A program made the translations under genes and the position numbers. Under the pieces are notes generated by a model that had not been told where the DNA came from, did no database searches, and was given only the letters and a program-made list of their open reading frames with translations. A stretch of 63,269 nt of DNA, filler included, from Intoshia linei (Eukaryota; Animalia; Orthonectida): NCBI GenBank assembly GCA_001642005.1. It is 5 parts of 5 records of this genome, joined end to end, with 100 filler letters (N's around TTAATTAATTAA, not from the genome) between each part and the next. Parts side by side here need not be neighbours in the genome. Positions count along the whole stretch, not along the records: positions 50,527 to 61,799 come from LWCA01001183.1; positions 61,900 to 63,269 come from LWCA01002647.1; 3 more parts are not named here. One strand, given 5' to 3'. Of the stretch, positions 53,910 to 63,269 are shown piece by piece. Positions within the stretch are counted from its first letter, which is position 1, and the number at the start of each line of letters is the position of its first letter.

Positions 53910-56076
53910 ATGGCTAGTGGAATTTACGGTGGAGGTGAGCAATATTTTAATTTTTTATTTCACATAATAAAAATGATAAATTAGATGAAGTTGGAGCAGT
54001 AGTTATTGATGTTGGATCGTATAGTGTTCGAGTAGGATATGCCGGCGAAGATGCTCCAAGAGTTATTTATTTTAAATTCATTTACTGTATTTTGAAACAG
54101 ACGTAATTGTTACGCTCAACGTCACATTTATTAGATAGTAAGGGGTAAATTATTTTTTCTCAATTTAAAATGAAAATGAGTTCGCTTTTTGACATAAAAA
54201 CAAAATATTTCGAAAGTTTCAACAATACCGAACCTATCGTACCTAGAGACATTATTCGTGAACCTCGACGAAATTTTAGTAGAATGGTACCTCATTTTTC
54301 CAAAAAATATCAATATTTTGTGTATTGACTAAGTAAATTCAAAATGTTAAGCCAAGAGCTTTGGATAAGTCGCTGGACCATGACTACTTATCGTTTGCAA
54401 AAAAAATTGCAAAAATGGTTGAGCATAGCGAGTTTCGGTTAGTGTTTCAGAAGTTGCGCTTTTTACGTTGCGTTAAACTTTAGGGTAATAATATGTATAA
54501 ATAAGAAAATGTACCAGATGGTTTAACAGTTTTATAAAAGTGTCATTAGTGGGACATACCAACTCATATGGGACAACGAACAAATGAAGATGGATCAAAA
54601 AACTATTTTATTGGTTCAAATCAAATAAATCATCCCATTCAGAATATGGATATTGTATCCTATGTTAAACATGGACTGAGTAATTTTATTTTTTTGTAAT
54701 TGTTTTAATGTTTAATTTTAGTCGACGATTTTACTTTATTTGAACAAAAATTAAACCACATTTATAACAATTGTTTGCATTCATCTTCAGAAGTCCACCC
54801 TTTACTCATGTCTGAGCCTGTGGTAATTTTACATTTTTAAATAAACTCACATTATTTTAGTGGAATACAAAAGCACAGAGAGAACAAATGTGTGAATTGA
54901 TTTTTGAAACCTACAACGTTCCAGCATATTACGTATCGAAAAGTGCCGTGTTGTCTGCATTTTCACATGGAAAATCTGCAGCCCTTGTCGTTGACAGCGG
55001 AGCTGTCCACACCACATGTACTCCTGTTTATGACGGATACATTTTAAATAATGGTAACGTGGCTATATATTATTAGAAATACTAACATTTATTGTCTGCC
55101 CCAGGAACTTGTTTGCAATTTAATGTAAAATTTAGCCGTCGTGAAATCACCACTTGGAGGCGATTTTATATCTATCCAATCTAAACTTTTGCTGAGCAAA
55201 ATGAACATTGATATAACACCACAGTACTTGGTTGAGTCAAAGGTATTGTTAAATTATTTGCTTTTTAAAATTATTGGGTCATTTTTATTTGTAGGTACAC
55301 ACAAGCGTATTAGAAAAACCAAATTTTAAACGAAAAGAATTAAAAAACGTTACTGATAGCTTTCACAATTATTCTACAAAACGTCTTTTACAAGATTTTT
55401 CTTTTCATGTAACAAATGTGAATTTGGAAAGCTTTAATAAAGATCAAACTGAAAAAATTAATGGCGGGTTCGACGTAATTCCGGTTACATACTCATTTCC
55501 TAATGGATGCAGTCACGATTTTACCAAAGAACGGTACAGAATTTGTGAAGGACTTTTTAATGCCAATTGTATGGAGGTAATATTTACTTGGCAATTATAA
55601 TTATAATGCATAATTTTAGGATATTTTTAACAGTAATGCTTTAACCACTTCCAATGCCATATTGACGAGTATGAGTTTATGCGATGTGGACATTAGACCA
55701 GTACGTATTTTTGCGGCATTGTATTTATTGAATTTTAGTTATTGTGTAATAATATTATTTCAGTCGGTGGAAATTCACTCATTAAAGGATTTAATGAACG
55801 ATTAGCCAACGAACTTTCCCAATTCAAGGTAATTTTACACAATGAACTGTTTTAATGTAAACTATGTAGAACAACAAAATCAAACTCTTGTCTACTAATA
55901 ATATTCCATCTGAAAAACGATTCAGTAGTTGGGTGGGTGGTTCAATTCTCGCTTCTTTGGTAAAATAATTGCAAACATTTGCCTAATAATACAACTAGGG
56001 TTCTTTTCAACAAATGTGGATAAGCAAAGAAGAATACGAAGAAAATGGAAGACGAATTATAGACAGAAAATGTTAA
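53910..56076 (+). CDS. ACTL6A: Actin-like protein 6 (BAF53/Arp4), multi-exon
   Basis: Reads MASGIYGG|[68 protein letters not shown] and [31 protein letters not shown]...RKC*. Confidence 0.95.
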
Positions 56077-56111
56077 TATTTTGTAAATTTATATACATGT
56101 TAGAAAATATA

Positions 56112-59100
56112 TTACAATTCAATGTGATACGGAGTTCCTTCGGATTCATATGTGTTCCACATTTTATGGTATAGTTTTTCAAGGTAACTGGAAAATAATT
56201 TGCAATTGAACAAGGGTTTAGATATGCGTGCGTTTCGTAAATGCAGTCGTATTTTTTTCAATCTAAAAAAATTAAAGTTAAAACAAAAATATCAAACTTT
56301 TCAGTGTTTGTGGCTAATTCCACGGCGATATTTACAAATTCTGTGGTGGTTTTTGCGACAAGATTGCCTAGTCCAATTGAAAAGAGTTGAGATGAGGCAA
56401 CACGGGAAGCAAAAGATTCGCCTATTATGTAGTGAATATTTACTAATGTATAAATAAATACCCTCCAATGTTACAACGGGTGTCCCTGCCCATAAAATAT
56501 CCACGCCAGTTGTGTGACCATTACAAACATAACTATCAAGACAAATGTCTGCCAGTTGACCTCTTCTAACGTGTTCCTCCTATAAAAATGGAATTATTTG
56601 TGCTAAAATTTAAATTTTAAAAAAATACCTTGGGAGCAATATTAGAAAAAATTATTCGTGATGAGTCGATGCCGTGAGTTTCTGCGAGTCTATAAATATT
56701 GTTTTCTCCAGCAGCCGGAAATCTAACTAACCACAAAACACTATTGTGCACATGTTTCATGACTTTCATCCACAACTATTTATATTTAATAAGGTATACT
56801 ATTAAAATTACCCCAAAGCAAATAGGATCAAATTTGTAGAGTTGATTAAAATTACAAAATATCAAAGACTCCTCTGGTAAGCCATACTGTGCTCTCGATG
56901 TATATATTGCATATGCAGGGGGTTCTTGGCCTGTAGCAACATATGCATCTTCTTGAGTGGAGCAAGCGCCATTTCGGAAAATGACACCACTGGACAAATT
57001 AAAACGTACAAAATTTAAATTTTGAAGTGACATTTTCATAGTGTCGGTGGGTTTTAAAATAGGTACGTATACTGGTTTCAAATCAAAAGTAGAATCTTTT
57101 TCGTTTGATTGAAGTACCATTGTTTCACATTGGGAAAACTCGGATGAATTTTTAATGTGAGTAAAATTGATAATGTTGATAATACTAATATTGTCGCATT
57201 TTCGACTAGCTGGAGTGGTTTCCACGATATATCTGTTAAAGAGGTGGGGGAACATGTTTTGGTGGTCTCCAATAAAAAAAGAATTTGGCATATACGCCAT
57301 TTTTTCACTGTATTGGTATGACAAATCTTTTGGAATGACATTTTTATCGGAAATGATGTAATCTATATAATCAGATCCACTGGTACCTGGGTAACCTAAC
57401 CACAGCGCCTGAACTGGTGCTCCTCTCAAAGCGAAGAGTTCATTACGAGCTCCTTTCGTGTATCCGTTTAAATTAATGAGAATGTTTATTCCATCATTTC
57501 TGATTATATCAATAGCCGCGGCGTTGCATTTGACGGATGAAAGATTTACAAAATGCTCCGATTCGCGTACAACTTTGCCTCGGAACGAAGTGTTGTCGTC
57601 GTCTGTAAGAGCATAACAAAACACTTCAACATTGTTTCTGTCATGGCATCCAGGAATACTTTGCATCAAATGAGAAGTAGGATGGTTTGCAAAATCTGAA
57701 CTAACGTACCCAATTCTAAGGCGTTCTTTCAAAGGTTTTTTCCAATTGTACCATGAAAACGGTTTTTTTAGTGATTTGATTTTAAACACGGAAAGATCAG
57801 CGTGTCTTTTAGCAATATTTATACGTTGGTCTCCCGTCAATGGATACAACATGGTATGGTGTGGATGAACCGACGGTATTCTTGTTAATTTCAATTGCTT
57901 GTTAATAATATCGTTAATTTTTTTCATTCTATTATCATAATCTGTCCAATCACATATAATTTGCAAACAATGAGCCATGTTACAGAATGCATCAGGAAAA
58001 TCAGGTTTAAAATGTAGTGCCATTTTGTAACAATTGATTGCTTCGGGGATATTCCCAGAATCTTTATAAATTGAGGCTAAATTACTGTGTGCGTCAGCGA
58101 AACTCGGACTAATTTGTAAGGCTCTGTTATAACACTGCATCGCTCCATTAATATCTTGCATTTCTTTTAAAGTGTTGCCCATATTTGAAAAGGCATCTGC
58201 AAAATTAGGAGAAATGCGAATTGCTTCTTTATAATGTAATAAGGCTTGTTGGTGATGCCCTTGGGTTTGTAAAACACTAGCCAAATTGCTGTGTGCTACA
58301 GCAAATTCGCTGTTTACTTTCAAAGCTTTTTGATATAGCATTATTGCTCCTTCCAAATCACCACCTTCCCGTCGAATGTTTCCCAAATTATTTAGGGAAT
58401 CGGCATGGTTTTCATTTAGATTTAGGGCCTGATTGTAGTTTTGTACTGCCTTTTCAATATCTCCAACTTCTTTATACGCATTTGCCAAATTGCAATAACT
58501 AAAATAAATATTATATACTCTTATTAACAATATTAACGACGGTCAATCTTTTTCTAGAATTGCATCATACCCTATTTTTCGATGGATAGCCAGATTAATT
58601 AAAATAAAAATATTCTGGAATAGTTTTTTAAAATCATCAGCAGTATCATAAATTTAAATCCTCAGTCAAAAATACAACTCAATAAAATTGTGATGAAAAA
58701 TAACTCGAAAAAATATAGTAAAAATTAGATTTTTTAAAACTCTTCGCCTCTTACTTTACAAATAGATAGAAATGCATTTTTAGCTAAATGACTTTATATA
58801 AGTAAGGATTACCATTTATGATTCGCCTCAATGTGATTTAATCCACACGCACCTTAAAAAATTCCAACATGTTTCATATTTCACCCAACCCAATCTAACA
58901 TTAACTAAAAATTACCAATCTGGAAAATTTGGCTGTAACTCGATTGCTTTTTTATATGTTTCAATTGATAGTAAATAATGACCTACATTAGAAATTATTA
59001 TACATTTATTTAATAATTTTATTCCAATGCATTACTAAATGCAAAACTACATAAAAATTTTTAACTCTTCAAATGCAATAATTAAATGTAATTCACTGCT

Positions 59101-59349
59101 TTGTAATCTTTGCAAAATATTTTGCAGATACATGTAGAAGAAATACTGCACATTGTACGCCATGGGATATTAGAAATTACCTTGTTCGCAGTAAATACAT
59201 GCCAAATTTCCTAATACAACAGAATTGTTTTCATTTAACTGTAGAGCACGAAGATAAGCAATAATAGCCCTATCATAAATTTTTGCATCTTTGAGTACAT
59301 TTCCCAAATTTACATAACCGTCTATAAAATTTGCATCCATTTTAGTGCT
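56112..59349 (-). CDS. OGT: O-GlcNAc transferase: TPR repeats plus catalytic domains; first ~200 residues not in the window
   Basis: TPRs followed by [71 protein letters not shown] and LEKLYHKMW. Stop at 56112-56114. Confidence 0.97.
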
Positions 59350-59739
59350 CTAAAATAAAATGTATTTAGAATATACAACAATTAGTTAAAATTCAATACA
59401 AATTACACAATAAAAGCTTGACCCTAGTTTCTGAATGCAGCAATCTCGCCAAAAATAAGCGATTTATTTTAAAAATTTTGTTTCATATATATTTTTAATT
59501 AAAACTTTTATTACGGTACCGTCACCGTGATTCAATTACAAAAAAGTACAATTGTCAAAATTTTAACTGATACAGAGCATCAGTTAATTTATTTAAAAAC
59601 CGTAATTATTACTTACAAATCGATGAATCTAATTTTTAGAAATATAGTCATTTGTATGTATTATGTACAATCCGAAACTCCAAGAAATGGTTTCTATAAA
59701 TTTTTGAAAACAATAAAATTGGTTTTCTAATTTTTAAAA

Positions 59740-59890
59740 AGTAAAGTCACTGGTTGTGGAAAACAAATTCCTTTCCAAAACATTGCCTCTTGTTCTACAG
59801 ACGATGCACCATATATGATAGACAAAAATATGGTTTCATCGCATATTCAAAATAAGAATGCCATGATAGTATTAACATGTATTGCCATCA
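59740..59890 (+). pseudogene. hAT (Buster/ZBED5-type) transposase remnant in the OGT upstream intron
   Basis: IPFQNIASCSTDDAPYMI resembles the IPxxNIxxxxTDGAPAMxG catalytic-Asp block. Confidence 0.55.
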
Positions 59891-60674
59891 TATTTCTTTC
59901 ATGTAATTCACGGGAAATTGTTCAAAAAAAGGTTGAAATTAAATTAATCATTTATATTGTGCAGTAATACTTGATAAACTATGTGTAGTTCAAATGATGG
60001 GTAATAAAATTTAAATATTTGCAGGTCCCCAAAATGTAAATGTTAATGTTATGAATCCAAATAGAAATCTCATAATGGCCGAATTATACAACCATAAAGA
60101 TAAAATCAATTTTAACCCAATATAATTAATTTTCGTATAATAAACAAATTTTAAACAAGTCGCAATGACGAATTCATTTTTAATAAAACTTTAGACAAAA
60201 ACCCACCCTTCACCACTAAACAAAGATGAAATTAAAGATTTTAATTCCATACAATTCTTGAAATTATCAGTAACATACGATGGATCATTTAGTAAAAATG
60301 GCATTTCATTATTTAAAATAATTAAAATAGAGTTAATTTAATTATCATTTGTTGTAATATAAAAGTGACAGCCAAATTAAAATTAGTGTATGTAATTCAT
60401 TCTGTAAATTACATTTGTTATTATTTCAAGATTAAAATAAATCGAATCTATAATTAATCAATTCAAGATGTAAATAATTAAATGTCATTTTAATCTAGTA
60501 ATATATGGTGCCATTAATACAGCAATCGGTATACAGTTGGGACAAGTATCAACATAGTTCTCCGTGAGAGGATGCCTACTTCGATTACATTAAATTTTTT
60601 AAATGATTAAATGAGTATTTAATTTATATATAATTTTATAGTTTTTTTCAAAAAGTTAATGTAAATTATTACTA

Positions 60675-61735
60675 CACTCCGTCACATAATTATAACAACA
60701 CTATCATTTTGTTAATAACAATTATATTTGTAGATCAAAATTTATGAAAATTGGCATATTGGACATGCACATTGTAAGGTTGACATATTAAAAAAATAAT
60801 TGATAATAAAAAACAAAATTAACTAAAGTTTTCTAATAAAAACGTTAAAAATACAAAAACACGAGTGTCGATAAATTATAACACTTTGAAAAATCCGATT
60901 TTTAATTGTACTAATTTTATAACAATTTACTTAGAACATGGGTTAAGATTGCAACTTAAATGATGATGAAATAAATTCATTTTAAGAGCAGCATATGATG
61001 ACAATAACATCATGAGATCGTATAGAAATATTGCTAATCGTTTGAATTGCCATTTTACATCAAGAAAATCGTTTGATGTAGTTCGATCGTTTGTAAATGA
61101 CCCACAAGGTTATGATAAAGACAGAAAAAGAGCTGATGCAAAAACTAAAATATCAGATAGGACAAAAAGAGTCATTACAAGGGAGGTAACTTCAAATCCT
61201 AATAAAGGAGTAAGAGGTGTTGCGGCGTTTATGTGCTGTAAGGCAGTGGTTTTCAACCTTTTTCTGTTTGCGACCCCTTATAAACATAAAAAATTTTAGT
61301 GACCCAAAAATTTTCAGAATGTAAAAATATTTCCGTAACTTTATTACTGTCAATAATATATTAAAATAATCAAAATAAATAAATGTATTCATAAAATTTT
61401 CAAATTCTCACGACCCCTGATAAATATCTCGACACCCTGGTTGAAAAGCACTGCTCTAAGGGAATAAATATATCAAAATCTTCCGTTTACAATGTTATAA
61501 AGTCAAACCAAAGCCAAAATTACTAGCAAGACACAAGGACTCCAGAGTAAAGTTAGCCAAAAATTATCTGAAGAGTAATATAGATCCCAAAAATATCATT
61601 TGGACTAATGAAAAAAAGTTGAATCTAAATAGTCCCGATTATTACAATTATTACTGGCATGACTTACGCCATGAATTGCCAGAACGGGTCAGTAGAAGAT
61701 TTAGTGGAGGTGGTGTTATGATATGGGGTTTATTT
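60675..61735 (+). mobile_element. Tc3-like (Tc1/mariner) transposon fossil
   Basis: Left end TA|cactccgtcacataattataac. HTH region SYRNIANRL..VVRSFVNDPQGY..KISDRTKRVITR. IIWTNEKKLNLNSPDYYNYYWHDLR...RRFSGGGVMIWG resembles Tc3 VFSDEKKFNLDGPDG..YYWRDLR..RRNFGGGTVMVWG. Stops and frameshifts are present. Confidence 0.88.
61244..61453. mobile_element. hAT MITE inserted into the Tc3-like transposase
   Basis: ctgtaagg|cagtggttttcaacc ... ggttgaaaagcactg|ctctaagg (TSD 7/8). Confidence 0.88.
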
Positions 61736-61899
61736 AAAATTTAATTAATAATTATATATTTATAATTATATATATATATAATAATAATTAATTTAATAAN
61801 NNNNNNNNNNNNNNNNNNNNNNNNNNNNNNNNNNNNNNNNNNNTTAATTAATTAANNNNNNNNNNNNNNNNNNNNNNNNNNNNNNNNNNNNNNNNNNNN

Positions 61900-62125
61900 G
61901 AAAATGTAAATATTGATCCTACAATTTCAAAAAAATGTGCATTGTACGTCTAAACATTTCCAATAAAGACATATGAGTGAAATTCTATATAATTCATTCC
62001 TTCAGAACTTTTTGTCATTGTTACGCAATTTTTAAATTTAAAATTTTCATTTTTAAAACATTTTTATGAAAACATTAAAATTTAAATAAGAAACTACAAC
62101 AACGAAACTAAAACAACTTTGTTAA
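61900..62125 (+). mobile_element. Helitron internal fragment interrupted by an LTR
   Basis: Colinear with about 14528-14752 and breaks at aactttgttaa|tgtaatg. Confidence 0.75.
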
Positions 62126-62630
62126 TGTAATGTTCAAATGTTATATGTGTAATTTTATTAAAATACAACAAGATATTATAGTTGTTTCACGTGTATTGAA
62201 CTACACTTTAGTGTATCTAGATTGAGTGTAGTTATGTAATGAAGTTATGTACTTCGTACATTACACCTTTCCTCTTAAAATAAATAGTAATTATTAAGAT
62301 GAGTATGTATATGAGTTGTGCGCTGGGATTTGCGAGTGAACCTTTTGGATTGTTTGGTTGATCGAGAGTTCACTGGTGTGTAGTTGTCGGTATGGAAGGA
62401 TTGATGCTTTTGGACTCTTCTATCGTGATTTTTTTTTACTCGTTAGATGTAGTTTTTACAGTATTTTGAAAAAGTATGCTGTTGAAGATTGCGCTGTATT
62501 GGGAAAACTGTTGATTGGAGATAGTTTATTTAGGCGTTTGACTGAGAAGAATCGTAGAGACGTTAGTATACTGCTATTTTTGTGTCCCATTCTGGATTTT
62601 TATTGATGAAATTTATCAAAATTTTTAATA
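62126..62630 (-). mobile_element. LTR retrotransposon 3' remnant: PPT (62266-62277) plus 140-bp LTR (62126-62265)
   Basis: Minus strand reads taagaggaaagg|TGTAATG ... aataaa ... CATTACA. The upstream degraded frame FINKNPEWDTKIAVY*RLYDSS resembles an integrase C-terminal core. Confidence 0.65.
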
Positions 62631-62947
62631 CAAGTTAATAATCAGTATTATATTAAGATGTCCTTCAAAATATATAATTATAAATTTAATAAATATATTT
62701 AATTGCAAAAATTTGATTTTGCATAACACACACACAAACAAAAATCGCGTAGCATATTATATAAGTTAGGATTGTAGCGTAGCAGATTCTGCAAAATAAA
62801 AAGTTTTTTGTAATAAAAAATATATGATTTATAAAATGTATGCTTTATCATTAATATCTTTGTGCTTCATATTGTTAGGAATGAATTATTATATGATTAT
62901 TATCTTATGATAAAATTTATCGCATTGACTCAAACTCCAATATACGA

Positions 62948-63268
62948 TTACTTTACATTTTTATTTTTAGAATAATACAAAGAAGATGTCATAAATATTG
63001 CTGCAAAAAAAACGAACGACGCTGATGTGGAAAATACAACATCGTATCGATAAAATCTGTCGTGTACTAATCCAGAAATTATGGGACCGACTAGGAGGGG
63101 TATTGACATAAGTGTCGATACTGCTCCCAATCCCAAAAATGAATCTTCTTTGCCGAGAAAGTGACTACATAAAATAGAAATCAAGCATTGCATTCCACCG
63201 TTACACACTCCCATTAAAAAACAGACAATTGATAAACCTATTACGTTATGGATCATAATGGGTATCAT
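62948..63268 (-). CDS. MFS transporter, monocarboxylate-transporter (SLC16)-like, C-terminal helices; gene continues beyond the right edge
   Basis: MGVCNGG...HFLGKE...GLG...SIPLLVGPIISGLVHDRFYRYDVVF matches the MCT C-terminal GPP.AG.L.D.TG.Y pattern. Confidence 0.75.
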   Translation of the reverse strand: MIPIMIHNVIGLSIVCFLMGVCNGGMQCLISILCSHFLGKEDSFLGLGAVSTLMSIPLLVGPIISGLVHDRFYRYDVVFSTSASFVFFAAIFMTSSLYYSKNKNVK

Positions 63269-63269
63269 A

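Noticed and set aside
57078-58502. ORFs overlapping or antisense to real genes (57078-57341, 57167-57361, 58293-58502, 16066-16260, 17150-17335, 28508-28696, 56200-56457)
   Set aside because: These are shadow frames of OGT, the GPCR and LRRC23, with no independent motifs.
39981-59349. FoxM, SMG8, SENP, ACTL6 and OGT as a functional nuclear-regulator cluster or operon
   Set aside because: The orientations are mixed and no shared regulatory signature was seen. Housekeeping regulators are expected to be neighbours in a gene-dense genome.
1-63269. Alternative genetic code (TGA/TAA reassignment)
   Set aside because: All well-supported genes translate with the standard code and end in TAA or TGA. 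Apparent in-frame stops are explained by short introns.

Overview
This is eukaryotic (metazoan) nuclear DNA, not prokaryotic. It is very AT-rich, gene-dense and has many 33-60 nt GT-AG introns, as expected of a compact, fast-evolving invertebrate genome. An orthonectid such as Intoshia is a guess from composition and intron size and is not verified. Four 100-bp scaffold gaps carry an artificial TTAATTAATTAA linker. Spliced genes assembled by eye, left to right: NOP14-like (-), an unidentified multi-pass membrane protein (-), a septin 5' half with degenerate GTPase motifs (+), an aminergic-type class A GPCR (+), a nucleoplasmin-like protein (+), LRRC23 (-), a head-to-head pair of divergent His-less alpha-carbonic-anhydrase-like type II membrane proteins (-/+), FoxM-like (-), SMG8 (-), a SENP6/7-like protease (+), ACTL6/BAF53 (+), OGT (-) and the 3' end of an MCT/SLC16-like MFS transporter (-). 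Introns and intergenic DNA are filled with transposon debris: an abundant non-autonomous Helitron family (TC...hairpin-CTAG) retaining the start of a RepHel-like ORF, a piggyBac fossil, hAT elements and MITEs, pogo/Tigger-like MITEs, a Tc3-like fossil, a foldback-like element and an LTR-retrotransposon 3' end with a 140-bp LTR. The most novel-looking item is the divergent pseudo-carbonic-anhydrase pair. Other proteins with altered catalytic or signalling motifs (septin, GPCR, SENP) also merit checking. No CRISPR array, rRNA or tRNA was seen. All homology calls come from remembered motifs, not database searches.
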